The notes under the pieces were generated by a model, which ran no database searches, was not told where the DNA came from, and saw only the letters and a list, made by a program, of their open reading frames with translations. DNA of 63,394 nucleotides, counting the filler, from Choristocarpus tenellus KU-1152 (lineage: Eukaryota; Protista; Phaeophyceae), in assembly GCA_964200185.2 (NCBI GenBank). It is 12 parts of 12 records of this genome, joined end to end, with 100 filler letters (N's around TTAATTAATTAA, not from the genome) between each part and the next. Parts side by side here need not be neighbours in the genome. Positions count along the whole stretch, not along the records: positions 35,701 to 40,497 come from CAXNAD020013025.1; positions 40,598 to 54,107 come from CAXNAD020001467.1; 10 more parts are not named here. One strand, given 5' to 3'. Positions 38,052 to 50,699 of this stretch are shown here, in pieces (the stretch's first letter is position 1; every line of letters begins with the position of its first letter). The position numbers were made by a program, and so were the translations under genes.

Positions 38052-39119
38052 TTTCTAGCTTCTCCAACCGCCTAGGCGGTTGGTAAAGTCTCAAGTAGTA
38101 GAGAGCAGGAAAACCCAACACTGAGGTCAACCAAATATTTTTAGTCGTGCGTCTTCGGCGCGCGGTGGTATGGAGAGAGTTCTTTTTTCTTAAACTCTTT
38201 TTAGTATTCCTAGACCTACATCTATCCGTTATCATATCCCTCTCTTTGCAATGACTCATGTAGTGGGGTGGTCATATAAGGGGGTTGAGGGCTTTAGAAG
38301 GAAGAGATGAAGGCGTGCCTGATGCAGTTTTTTGTACATCACAGCACAAGTAGCTATTTCAGTGTGTATCATGCATTTCAACCAAGAAAGAGTAGATAAG
38401 TGATGGGCAAGGTGGGATTTGATGACTTTTCATGGAATCGACTCTTCCCTTATTCTACATCGCCTTCATAGTTAACAGTTGCAGTTTAGGGTTAGTTTCA
38501 GCTCTATATGTGTTGATGGACTTCTTTGTTCTTTACATATTTTCTTGTCTATTATGTACGACTATGGTTGGTGTATCATAAGGCCTTTCCTGTAAGCAAT
38601 ACAGGCTGTGTTGTGTTTGTTTTATCCTTGGCCTCGCATAATTTCTTCTTGCTTCATCCATGGCATCTGCAAAAACGTCAGTACCCATAGTAACATGTAT
38701 ATATTCCGAGGGATGACGACACCAAATGACAAATGGCCACACAGAATGCCAGGAGTCTTGATGTCCATGATCTAAGTGAATGTGAGGAGGGGTTGTGGTA
38801 GAGGGTATGCAATGTACTACTGACTACCCCTATTACACAACACTGGTAAAGTCTTGATTCCAGCTTTGAGGTTACTATCAGAGGCAATCGGCCCAACGCA
38901 ATGAGTCTACCTATATAGTTAGTACAGTCTTCTTGCACCATTCCACTGTCACCTTCGTAACACCGCCTGTATCACTCGTCTTATCAAAACTATACTCCAG
39001 AAAGAAGCTTCAAAGGGGTTGGTCAAACAAAGGATAAATGGTGTGTCCCCCTTTACCCTGAGGAGTGCACAAGAGGCCTCAAGAGGTGGTGATCACTCAA
39101 AGGGATCTGTATAGGGCTC

Positions 39120-39320
39120 AAAGTGGAGGGAGATCATTCAGGCATTCAAGGAAGTTTTAGAGTGTAATTGGTCGTAAGTTGCTGCCGTTGCAAAGATGAC
39201 ACCAAAGTAGACATATCCGCCCTCCAAGAGCACAAGCTTGCACAGGAAACGTGGGTAGGGAATGCTATGATGAGGCTTTGCATACCGGGTTACTCCAAGA
39301 TAAAGGATGATCAGAAGGCA
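39120..39320 (+). mobile_element. Possible LINE APE endonuclease relic
   Basis: KVDISALQEHKL resembles the DIxxLQE motif. Surrounded by stops. Confidence 0.35.
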
Positions 39321-39939
39321 TCTAGCCCTCAGCTTGAAACACATGTCGATACCTACAAAAGAAGTTCCAAAAGCTCATGACCTTCCTTCGATGTTGGGGG
39401 GCAAACTTCGCAGCCAATACCTTAACTTCACCATCGACTCCCTTGTTGTTCCCTGTTTCGCCTTCTACATAATCCTCTTCTTTGTCATTCATTGTCTGTC
39501 ACCTTAGCTTGCCTAGTCAAATACATTGTACAGTGCACTCACCTGACACTCATTTGTCATGATGACAGCAAAATTCTAATGGAAAAACACATTGACCCAC
39601 AGAAGTGGTTACGTGATGACTGATCCTCCAACCCTGCCACATACACATCATCTGTATGTACAACACCAAGCAGAATAGTCACTGTGATGTGAGTGTTTTA
39701 AATGATCTATGCCTGGCTTACTTTTATATCCTACCCGCTGTGAATTTTCGCGGAGTTACATCCAAACGAAAGAACCTCGAAGGTACTATTTCATTCCATC
39801 CATAATTCCTTATCATTACACTTCCCTTGAGAAAAATGTCAAAAGTAGATCAAGCCCTTAGAAATTTCCCCATTCGCTCCAACTTTGCTAGAATATCGTA
39901 TCATTTGGCATGATATTGATATAATATAATTACATATTA

Positions 39940-40137
39940 TATTATAATGTGCCCTTTGAGGATGTGTCAGTATAAAAACCAATGAAGACTATTCACACGT
40001 CAAAAACAAAACCTAAAAAGTAACGGTTGTACCACCACCTTTCTGTACCTCCAGCCTAGCTATTCCTGCAACCCAGCCAGGGTGAGGAGCTAGGGAAGCA
40101 CCCCAAGAATCGAACAAGCCCCTCCTTGCCCATCTGG
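39940..40137 (-). mobile_element. Short 3' fragment of the CRE-like element (ORF end plus UTR). Another tail copy lies at 40254-40320
   Basis: cagggtgaggagctagggaagca...cccctccttgcccatct matches 3184-3240 and is linked to the tail as in 2986-3240. Confidence 0.75.
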
Positions 40138-40597
40138 ATTATTGTACACATCAAACAGTCAGTGTTAGTGTCCTTGAATGGAAAAAACCAGGGCTCCTCA
40201 GGATAGCGACTATCGCGGTAACGACAATGGTTATATAGCTATTTAATTTATGGTATTATTTTATTATTATGCCCTCTGACATTTTGCAGATGTCTCCTGG
40301 GTGAAACCAACGAAAATTATATATAATATGTATACATGTCGTTATTAGCCCGAAAGAAATTAAATATCCTAAACATAAGAACACTATAAAACATTGTAAG
40401 TGTGGAAACCACTAATCTATCAGTTACTTCACCACTATCAAATATTGTACTACTGTCTTCCTTATCTTCCCATCTACCTACTCCTGTGCCCCGGGGGNNN
40501 NNNNNNNNNNNNNNNNNNNNNNNNNNNNNNNNNNNNNNNNNTTAATTAATTAANNNNNNNNNNNNNNNNNNNNNNNNNNNNNNNNNNNNNNNNNNNN

Positions 40598-42037
40598 AGT
40601 GAAGGAGGGCAGGTAGGATCGGGGGCATGGGGGGGGGGGCAGGAAAGAACATGGGTTGGGGGGAGACCAGGGGCAGAAGCAGACTCTTTAGGGAGCAACA
40701 AGTCTCCCGAAGGTGAAGAGATTGAAGTAGTTTGCACTGTCATCATGGACAGGGATACGCTAGATGTTGACCTTGATAGGTTCCTATCTGAATCCTATAC
40801 AAGCCCTGCCCCTGGACCCGAGCAGGCCCAATCATCACAATTTCAGAGGCCGTCCTCTCAGTGTCAAGTGGGAGGGGATGTGAATGGCACAGGTATTGTT
40901 GAGGGGGGTAGTAGTGGTGGTTGCAAAAGGGAGCCATTTTTGGAAGTAGCTGATGGTGACACAGGTATGCATGAGGCAGGGGCCAGAGGAGAGAAGGGAA
41001 CCGGAGCTGAGACTGTACCTGAACCTTGGACTGATTCCAGTGCCAGGATACCCTGCACGTATGTGGTTCTGAATCATGAGCATAGTGGGTTCTTCACCCT
41101 GCAGTACGAGTGTGAAAGAAGCTGGGACCTTGCCTTGGGGGCACTGACTGCTGGTCGACTGAGTGAGTGTGAGGCGATGGGACTTGTGTATGATGTCATC
41201 CTGGGACTCCATGAGGGGGTCCTCAATGAGAACAGCAGTGGAAATGTCGAGCAACTCTTTGGTCGCCTCCAACAGGCTGTCAAGGTGCTCGGTGTTGACC
41301 GGAGTCACCCAGCGTGGTGCCCTGGGCAACAGTTTCTGTGGGAACTGCTCTTGGTCTGTGCGTCAAATGCCCTTGCTGAGTGCAGGGAATGGCATCTGCG
41401 TGTCACTCCTGTTGGGGGGGTGAGGGAGAGCAGCCAGGGTGACAGTGGGAGTGGTGATGGAGAGCAAGTTTTGGCCGTGATGCCATTGTCAGGTGTGCCA
41501 GAGGAGTTAGCTGTGGAAGATTCCATTGGTAGTAAGAGCGTAGGTGAAGACGAAAGGATGGTAGAAAGACAGTCTATTAGGATTGTGGCGGAAAACTTAG
41601 GCGGTGGGAGCAATGGGGGCAGCGAGGACCAGGACTCTATTGAATGTGGTACAACTTGTAGCACAAGTGATGACCATCAGCGAGAGCCAGGTCGTCATGG
41701 AAGCAATGGCAACAGTGGTGATTCCAAAGGAGATGCCAACTGTGGAAATCCTGCAGTGAAGCCGACTGCTGGAGGCAGGGGGAAGGGGGTGGCTTTCGAA
41801 GGTCTGGATCGAGGTCCAGCTGTCTTTGCCCGACTAGTGGAGGTCCTGCATGATGTGCAAGAGGTACTGTTGGAGGTTGATGAGCAAATTTCCTGGCATC
41901 GTTCTGAGGTTGAATGTGGGCAGGAACGAGCAGGGGAGCAGTGCCAATCCCTTTGCTCCATGCGAGCCCTGATGGAGCAGACCTTGAGGGAAGGAAGGTC
42001 TCACCTTCACGAGGTGGCCTTGGCTATTGGACAGTAA
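40598..42037 (+). CDS. Large terminal exon, M1 aminopeptidase (ERAP1-like C-terminal domain) with low-complexity inserts; 5' partial
   Basis: Frame open from the contig start (40598) to TAA at 42037. YVVLNHEHSGFFTLQYE...W..AL..L.....MGLVYD resembles the N....GFYRVxY...W...L....DR.GL..D start of ERAP1_C. Confidence 0.6.
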   Translation, partial: SEGGQVGSGAWGGGQERTWVGGRPGAEADSLGSNKSPEGEEIEVVCTVIMDRDTLDVDLDRFLSESYTSPAPGPEQAQSSQFQRPSSQCQVGGDVNGTGIVEGGSSGGCKREPFLEVADGDTGMHEAGARGEKGTGAETVPEPWTDSSARIPCTYVVLNHEHSGFFTLQYECERSWDLALGALTAGRLSECEAMGLVYDVILGLHEGVLNENSSGNVEQLFGRLQQAVKVLGVDRSHPAWCPGQQFLWELLLVCASNALAECREWHLRVTPVGGVRESSQGDSGSGDGEQVLAVMPLSGVPEELAVEDSIGSKSVGEDERMVERQSIRIVAENLGGGSNGGSEDQDSIECGTTCSTSDDHQREPGRHGSNGNSGDSKGDANCGNPAVKPTAGGRGKGVAFEGLDRGPAVFARLVEVLHDVQEVLLEVDEQISWHRSEVECGQERAGEQCQSLCSMRALMEQTLREGRSHLHEVALAIGQ

Positions 42038-44273
42038 GGGGCTGAGAGGGGCACGCCGTGTGTATCGCCTGGTGGATCCTGACGGTTGATCGTGCTTGAA
42101 TCTTCCTTACTAATGGATCAAGCAACAGATGGTGTTCTGTTTTCAGTCCTATAGTTGACAGTAGTGTGATTATTGCATCCCATCATATGCGTAATTGTGT
42201 TGTCAGAGTTTATGTGTGTTCACTGTTTATGATGTACATTCCATACTCTCAGTGGTAGAAGTGGGTTATTTTTTTGTGCAGATAGATAGGGAGGCAGCTT
42301 CAGCTTCAGAGCAGCAGAAATATTTCTTAGCTACCCACCTTTTTTTGTTTGGGAAATGGGCTGTGTTGCTTTCTGCTTCCTTGCTGTCCTTCACACAGTT
42401 AAAAAGTACTTGGAAGTACTTGTAATTAGCTACTTAAGAAGTATTGGAAATTCCATGTTTTGTTGACCCCCTCTTTATGCTGCTATTTATTTTGTCAGAA
42501 GTGTTTTTCACTGGTCTTGGTCAGACGTACACGAGAGAAAGATCTTGGAGGGTCCAATGCCAAGCCATCTTTTTGTGTTTTTTTTTTTCAATGCTCAACT
42601 GCTTTATTGTTTGTTGTGCATCCACCTTCAATTTTGAAGGATGTTCATGCCTTTTAATTAAGGACAGAACGTCGCATTTCGCCCTGTTTTTGAAATTGGT
42701 TGATTCAATTTTGATTAACGTGTTGATTCGGAGTGAGCACAACTTGTAATGGTATGGATTAAGGTAGAATATTATTGATTTTGCAGGTGTGGTACATATT
42801 CCAGCTGTGGTTCTGTGCCATTTTGAACCAGAGGCAGGTTCTTTGAGAAAGTAGAATCAATATAACAATTATCAATATGTGGCATGGTAAAATCGAAACC
42901 TCCTTTTGTCAATGTGAAAACCATGGTTGTATGAAGAAAGAAAGAGGTTATATTTGTGTGAATTTTACATTTTCTGTAATTGGTTGAGGATTATTCTCCT
43001 CTTGTCTGATTGCCTTCGTTGGTTGGAGTCAGGTTGAGCAACTCACTCTGTGAAAACCCAGTTCTTGCCAAGAAAGTAAATATAGCCTACAATGGGCAGT
43101 GAGACGACTTTGAGGACAAATTGGAAATTCTTGCCAACCACATAATAAGGACTATCCACTCAGTATGAAATTATAAGGTATACCATATACAACCAAGATA
43201 CATATATCCTGCTTGCAGTATATATTCAGTATTTCATACCATCAATAGATTTTTTCACAGTCATACCATTCCACCAACTCTATCCCTTCCATATTTACTT
43301 CCGTCTCTTACCCATTTTAAGTCTCAAGCAGCTTCTGGTGGCAAAAGTTGAAAATTATATGCTCAAGGTAGGGACATCATGACTACATTACATTTATTAT
43401 GCTGTCACTGAGGCACCCTACATAGTGACTACATGTATGAACATTATTACCTACTTGATCTTATGCAGGGTATAATTTTGAAGGGAAATTTGTCTCGTGA
43501 GTAATGACACTTCGATCAGCTTCAGTTCGATAAATTGGAGTAACTTCAGTAACTCATCATTTTTATCATCATGCACGCAGATTGCACTCCCACTATATTA
43601 AATGCAAGAGATGATTGAGCAATATTCCATCTCAAGTATTATAGGAGAATAAACCTCTGAAGAGCAGAAAAAATGTTGGATTGAGTGACAAAATTTGGGG
43701 TTTCGGGACAGCTCATTCAAGTTGGGAGAGGCGTCATTGCCTCATAGCACCATGTGCCACTAGGTGATCTGTTTGTGTTTCACACTCATTGACCCGTGCA
43801 ACGACAGTTCAATCGAATTAATACAAACTTTTGTCTAGTCGATTTATAATTTCAACAGAAATTTCTTTAGGTTCACAACAACACAAATTTGCCAAGGGCT
43901 TGTCGTAAGTATTTCCTCTGTCCGTACAAGCAGTTTGAGGTATGTGACTGAATGCCAATGGCATCGGATCTTCATTGTGTCACCAACATGTATGTATTGA
44001 CCATCCCCAAGTACTCCGTATTTTATTGAAATCATTTTTCGACTTGCGAAAAAGGTGCAAAAACGATAAATAAATTGTCACACAGTTTCTCATTTGAGAC
44101 CAGAAAGGTCATACACTTTGCCATTACACGAGGGTGCAAGCACCAACCACGCCTTGCTTTAACTTTACACATCAACACTAATAGACTTCACTGATTCTAG
44201 ACTACCCTGCCTCCGCCCTCACACGCCACCTACAGGGATCCTGATGGCACTTTTTAGGGGGCCATGCGCGTAC

Positions 44274-44535
44274 GAGTCAAAGTATCTTAGAGGGTAGAGC
44301 TGTGTCCATTTGGGAGCCAAAATCTAATGTTGTGATTTTGATGCAATTTTGGCTATCTGTTTGTTAGGAAGTGTAAATATCCTTGTTCCAGGCACACCTT
44401 TTAATAATGTACACATTTTACCTACTCTGAAACATTTTGGAGTAGGAATATGTAACAAAAAACCCGATGGGAAGTCAAGTCCCAAACGGACAAACAGGGC
44501 AAAACTCGTACCCTAACCCTAAGATAGTTTCACTT
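44274..44535 (+). mobile_element. Full family A MITE (262 bp), TSD GTAC
   Basis: gtac at 44270-44273 and 44536-44539. Confidence 0.92.
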
Positions 44536-45769
44536 GTACATGGAACCCCTTGCCCAATAGCATTCAGGACTGATTTGCCGGAAAGGTGAGTTCACACCCC
44601 AATGCTGCAACCTCACCTCTATTTGGCATTTGCCTTACTACTCTCTATAAACAAAATTTCAAAAATTAGAGTATCCTTCTTGCGGTGGTGTCACAAAGAG
44701 TCAATGCAAACCTGCATTCTGCGAACAGCTCTTCTTAGCAACAAACCAGATTATGTTTCTATTTTCTGTTTATGCCTCTCTCTGAATGTTTTCGTTTTTA
44801 TGAGGATCTTCAGGAAATCAGAAGCACCGTCAATGACAACAAAATGTCAGGGGTTCATAATGATGCTTGGTGTACAGTCAGGTAAAACACTGACACCCTT
44901 CCGATTTCGGTTCATGCTTCAGATTTCTCCACATCTAAATGGAGGTAGAACACCGAGCCAAGGCCTTGACATAGGTAAGAAACGGCTGGAAGACTACTAT
45001 AAAAATCTTTGTTGTGCCATAAACCGCCGTTTTCATTGCTGGGTGCCCACAGAAGTTAACATTATTGCGATGCCTGCATATTCCGCTGACACTTGCCAGT
45101 CAAACCATGTATGACTGATCTCAGCACCAGAGGAAAGCTGCTTCTCATCACTCTACCCATACACCTCTCCACCTCATTAAGATCCCAAAAGGAGCAAGTG
45201 AAGCATGCACTCGTGTCTGTTGACATCATAGCAGGACCAGCTCTTGATGGGTCCAATTAAATTTTTCCACAAACAGTAGTATGAATTCAGGGGGTGAAGT
45301 CCAAAAAAATAGTAAAGCCCATTGACAAATCTACCCACTTCAACATATCATTGGGTTAGGATAAGAACAGCAAATGTTCACTGACTATCTGCACCAAGGC
45401 AGTACCACCAATATTTACCAAGAGCTACATCAGCAGTCCAAAGTGCCAGCACAACTTGACACATTTGCATGTTCAATGCCCCCACAGAAAAGAGTGGGAA
45501 AATCCCAGGAGGGGAACAAAGTGCTCTAGGAACGAACCAGCCCCAAGATGAATTGAAAATGATCAGATGAGATCGACATGGAGGAGACACAGTACAAAGA
45601 TATTAACAGTATAAATATAGGAACCTTTATGTCATTACATTGCACCAATAGGATGCACTTGCCTGGCCAAAGGCCCCTGCCCGGCTACTCAATCTCACTA
45701 TCTTTTCATTCATGATGAGAACAAGTCGTACCACCACAGTCACCCTTGTCAAGGCAGAGGTGGTAGGGG

Positions 45770-45845
45770 TCACAGTGCTGCCATGTCTGAAAAGGCATTG
45801 CCCTCCTGAGCACGTTCTCTCACCAGTGCAGATACTGCCTTGAAC
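45770..45845 (-). CDS. ISOC: Isochorismatase domain-containing protein (ISOC1/2-like), last exon
   Basis: AG+G phase 2 join gives HP-R-FKAVSALVRE...MAAL*. Confidence 0.85.
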
Positions 45846-46584
45846 CTTCAGTTGAATTGTTAAAACACATCCAATCGCGAAAAATGACAATTTCACACCA
45901 CCCCAACCAAATTCAGGCACAGAGGAAGGGGTAGGTGAAAAGTCGTGGATGTGGATACACAACTATGGTCTGGTCAAAATAGCATACAGTTCAGGCGATA
46001 TTTCCTCTTGCAAAAGTCGTTCAGTGATGATGCATAGGCCATCCCTACAGGTACTTAAATAATATCGAAAGACATCACCAGACAGAATACATCCCATAAT
46101 TGTGAGTTGTCGTTGTTGTACTCAACTTGCACATGATACACACACACACAATAATACACAAAAACCCGGCTTCAAAATGTGTGAAGCAGGAGGTCCTGCA
46201 AACAAGTCCAAGCACAACAATTAAATGCGTTCGTAGGGTACTCCAAAAACTATGAAGATGACAAAGTTATTGTAATCAAAAACAATCCCTACCTCTTAAG
46301 ACATTGCTAAGCACAAACAACGATTACACAGATTCAAGTGTTGGCACAAGGTCTCCAAACAATGAATCTGAACATTCAGAAAGGACAAACACACCATCAA
46401 TTAGAAAATCGTAAAGTGGCAAGGGGAGGGGGTGGTTGCCTATCGGGCAGTAGAACAATGATATCGACCTTAAACATGGCGTTGTTGGGGGTAGGGGCAA
46501 GTCAAGATGGCAAGGATAAAGGATAAAATGGACCCCAGTCAGTCAACAGGCGTAAAACGATCATTCCACATGGTCCTTACGCAC

Positions 46585-46692
46585 CTGGGGTGTTCTGCAG
46601 ACTCTAATAGCTGGAAGGTAACCTGCTCAGCCGTTGTAAGAAAAGCCCCTGCATGAAGCATACGCTGAATAGCCACAGTTCGATCATACACC
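46585..46692 (-). CDS. ISOC: ISOC1/2-like protein, internal exon
   Basis: VYDRTVAIQRMLHAGAFLTTAEQVTFQLLESAEHP with CAG/GTGCGT sites, phase 2-2. Confidence 0.92.
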
Positions 46693-47500
46693 CTGCCAAA
46701 CAGACCCATCCATTCTCACATGTTTGTATAGATTGAGAAAAGTATCAACAACTGGACAGCAATAACCAAGAAAACACTTCGAGTGCACTTCAATACATAA
46801 TATATATATATATATTTTTAAGCTGTTACAGTAACTGCCAAACTGTGAATTCGTCGCAACAGGAACGACAGCAGAACAGGAGAGGCACAACAGATACAAA
46901 TGAGTCTCAAATCCCAGTCAAATACAACTGAGGTCAGAGAAACCATATGTCAGTCCAGTAATACAAACACCAGGAAGGAGAGGGTATCTACCTCCATAGC
47001 CACACCACAGGAACATACTGCGTGGTCCCAATCTGGGTGTGTTGAATGTGAGGTATGACATCTCAGCTGGTGTGAGACAAACAGGTAAAAAACAAGCACC
47101 AGCAGGAGGCATAGTGTAGTGGACGGGAAAGGGATTGAGTTTCCCCCCTTCCACCTGCCCAACACCCTCTCAACTTCCGAGGAACTATGTATGCTTCAAA
47201 GTAACAAATTTCAAAGTCCAAAGCCTTCATACTCAGACCCCGTGGCCCCTGCAGGGTTCCTATCATGAACATCAATCCATATTCCCCTGCCATCTTACTT
47301 GAACCTCCAAAACCTAGATCCAAGGTCAAACAGGTCAGGTAAGTGTTCACAGTTCTGCCAGACATGGTAACCTTGTCCGCAGCAGCGTTCATTACACTGC
47401 GTTGGGAGGGTCAAGTAGTTTATCATCACAAATGAAAAGCAAAAAACACACACACACACACACACACACAAAAATCCAAGCAATGAACACCACCTCTCAC

Positions 47501-47568
47501 TTCTGACTGGAGATCCCGTCACATACAAGGTGTACCTTGAACCCCTTCTCAATAAGGTCCAGGCACGT
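47501..47568 (-). CDS. ISOC: ISOC1/2-like protein, internal exon
   Basis: TCLDLIEKGFKVHLVCDGISSQ(K) with AG/GTGAGA sites. Confidence 0.92.
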
Positions 47569-47972
47569 CTTGCAAGTTCATACATAACCACAGCGTCATT
47601 TGAGTGTGTGTATTAGGCACAAGGAAACAGAGGTACACATGTGGAAACCACGTCAAGACAAAAAAACGGCGGGAACATTACAAGCAACAGAAGTGCCCAT
47701 TTCATGGTACTTGGTGTACCCACATTGGTACTTAGGTGTAAGGGTCAAGGGGACATCTGTACACTGCACTCTGGAGTAATTGCAGCTGCATGTATGTGCT
47801 GCTGGGACAAAAGGTGAAAGCGACAGGAAAGTGCCCTCTCCATGGGGATGGATGATCCAAAGGACCCCCTCTCGTCGTAAAATAATAACAAACACCAAGA
47901 GCACAAGTGACAGAAAACTAAAGTTTCACGTATGGTAAATACAGTTACGTGCAAAGCGTCGATTGTCTCCGA

Positions 47973-48184
47973 AGCACACAAAGAGCGCAAGGGCTGACAT
48001 TCCTCCCCAACAAAACTGGGGGTACACACTCTCCTTGGGCTGGCTAAATGGCTGGCTAAATGCATTCAACAAACCCAAGCACACAAATAGCATAAGGGCT
48101 GACATTCCTCCCCAACAAAACCGGGGGGGACATACTCTCCTTGGGCTGGCTAAATGGCTGCCTAAATGCATTCAACAAACCCAA
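47973..48184. repeat. ~106-bp tandem duplication in an ISOC intron
   Basis: agcacacaaa...gcattcaacaaaccca occurs twice. Confidence 0.85.
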
Positions 48185-49385
48185 ACATGAAACTGGAGGC
48201 GCTTAGACTTGTGAGCACTGCTTGCAAAACTATACACATTTCAATACTTCCAAACCAAAAAGGTATATATATATATATAAACGTCACAGGAGCTGAATGT
48301 ATAATTTCACAGATGATAGCACCAAAGTTCAAAGATGAGATACCACTCTTCCATCAGGGTAGAAATTCACACGACTGTCTGTGTGAAAGAGCGGTATTTC
48401 AATGTTCAACAAAAACCAGAGGCTGGGAACCTGCTCAACAAAATAAATCCATGGACCATCACCCCACCAGTAGCATGCTCTCTCTCTCTCTCTCTCTGGG
48501 CACTCATCTTACAATCTTCCCACTTGCCTAGAGTCTACTTCCTACACCCCTCCTCCCATCTTGATCCCACTCCTGTAGAGAACTGGGAAAGCAATCTGGA
48601 CAGAAAGCGATACCAAAATCTCTGAATTTGTCAAATATCGAAAATGCTGCAATTTCACCCCGGGTCAGGCAATCAGTCACATGAGTACATGCCCTGGTGG
48701 AATAGTGGCATCTCAATATTTGACGTCAATACAACAAATAAACATAAGACGGTACCATCATAAATGTTGATTACAGTTGTCTTACAGCAGTGGTCTAGAC
48801 AGCGCTTCGAAGGGGGGACCACACCACATGATACCTGTGCTCCTCCCAACAGTAACAAAAGTAACCCCCATTGAGCTCAGTGCAGAGTACGCACTTTTGA
48901 TTGGATATATATATATATGTGTGTGTGTAACTTTAGACTTTTTTTCTTGTACGCCTCTGATTTAAAATTAAAAAAAATCACACCGCTTCACAAATTTAAG
49001 GACACTACTATCGAAAGCACCGAAGAAACAAAGGCAGACAAAAAAAAGAAAAAAGAGAGCAGCTACGAGGATGGATCAAACCCCCAGAGATCGATAAGGG
49101 TTGCCACAAAAACCTCACCCCCCAGTTCGTCTGTCCCTGGGGATCCACAGGACACAGTCCCACAACGGGCGAATTTCTAGAAGGTCAAAGGTCACGCTTG
49201 CACTGGCTCCATACGATTGAATACTGCTTCCAATTACGCAGATAGTGCCATGCATACTGAAAATACCTTGATGTGTAATCAATCAACGCAACGTTGACAT
49301 GCATGATGCTACGGTAACCACAATACCCCCCGCCCCTACACAGTTACACGAAAAAGTGCGAGCACATTGACAGTGATGCGGTTAC

Positions 49386-49514
49386 CTGGGCGATGCATAC
49401 GTGCGCCTCGATGCCGAACAGCACAACATCCTGGGGCACCGGATCCATCTGCTTTACATGCGCTAGAACTTCTTCTGTGCACATAGAAAACCTCTTCTTC
49501 GGAAATACAGCTGC
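49386..49514 (-). CDS. ISOC: ISOC1/2-like protein, catalytic exon
   Basis: AAVFPKKRFSMCTEEV...VVLFGIEAHVCIAQ carries the KxxFS and GIEAHVC motifs. CAG/GTAACC sites, 43 codons. Confidence 0.95.
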
Positions 49515-49965
49515 CTGCGCTCACCAGGAGCCAGCCAGGGTGGGGAGAAGAGACGAAGCAGATAGGCGGTAAAGGCATGCACGCACACGTGCGTACACAC
49601 GCACGTTCAAGCATATTCGTGTATGAGAGTGATCGTGCGCGCAAAAGACGTAACTGAAAATTGGCAGCAAACCCAGTGCCTCCCTGCACGGTTCTCACTC
49701 CCCCCCTGCAGTAGCACAGGGAGGGTTCGCACCGGACGCTATGCTTGCACTAACATTTATCTATCAGGAATGTCCCCACTGAGCAGGCCAATGAGTACGT
49801 GCGCAATAGTTCGTAGCGTCAATACCGAAAACTTAGGGTTAGGGTTAGGGTTAGGGAAGGACAACTGCACTCTGCTGTGGTGGCAAAGATTGTGGGTCCT
49901 CATGCATGCTGCAAGTGGAGGCTCCTTGACGGAATTGGGTAGGGGGGTGTATAGATAGGTCTTGC

Positions 49966-50022
49966 CTGATGTTGTCCTATGTCTGGTCCAATGTTGAGTT
50001 CTTTAACGGTGTGCAGCAAAGC
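49966..50022 (-). CDS. ISOC: ISOC1/2-like protein, exon with GC donor
   Basis: ALLHTVKELNIGPDIGQHQ matches the xLGxTVxEL segment after EQYP. CAG acceptor, donor CAG|GCAAGA. Confidence 0.75.
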
Positions 50023-50699
50023 CTGTCGAATCCAGGGTAATTGCAAAGACGACGCCGTCAGCGGTATGACCTTAAGGGGAAAAAACTCAGTGGGGTACAC
50101 AAGATTACCCCAAGGAAAAGGATGCACACAGTGGCTCAGTTAGAATCGAAACAAGAATTGGCAGGGAGCCTACACTGCGTGCTTTCAAATATTTAAACAT
50201 CAAAGAATACTTCACAGTACTATAGCCCGTACAATTTCTAAGCTATCAGTGTGTGAAATATCTCATTGACTAAGAAGGCGCAATCAATACACTGACAAGC
50301 CAAGAATAACCTTGGAAATTTTCTTCAGGATAGCGCTTCAAAGTCAGGGAGTGCCTGAGGGCATGACACACCCCACTCATACCTGCGCAATAATATTGAA
50401 AGAGTCACTAGCACATGACTCAAATATAAATACAAATAACATATTAAAAAAAAATACAGTCACAATCTGGTGTCATTATCGCCTGTCCATCGGAGTTACA
50501 ACATATGGCTCTGAATAGCACAATACCAGGATTGATATGAGAGAATAAAAAGAGGCTAGGGATACTTGACCAGATCGTTGCAACTCACTGACTGCATAAC
50601 CAACACAGAACTTGTCCCAACACATTCACAGTGAGAATACTACGTTTATGTAGTAAGGAGTACACCAGTCTAGGACGTCTCCAATGGAATCCCAGTATT

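Noticed and set aside
43700-44170. Possible copia protease relic (LGDGQYIHVG)
   Set aside because: Single weak motif with no supporting domains.
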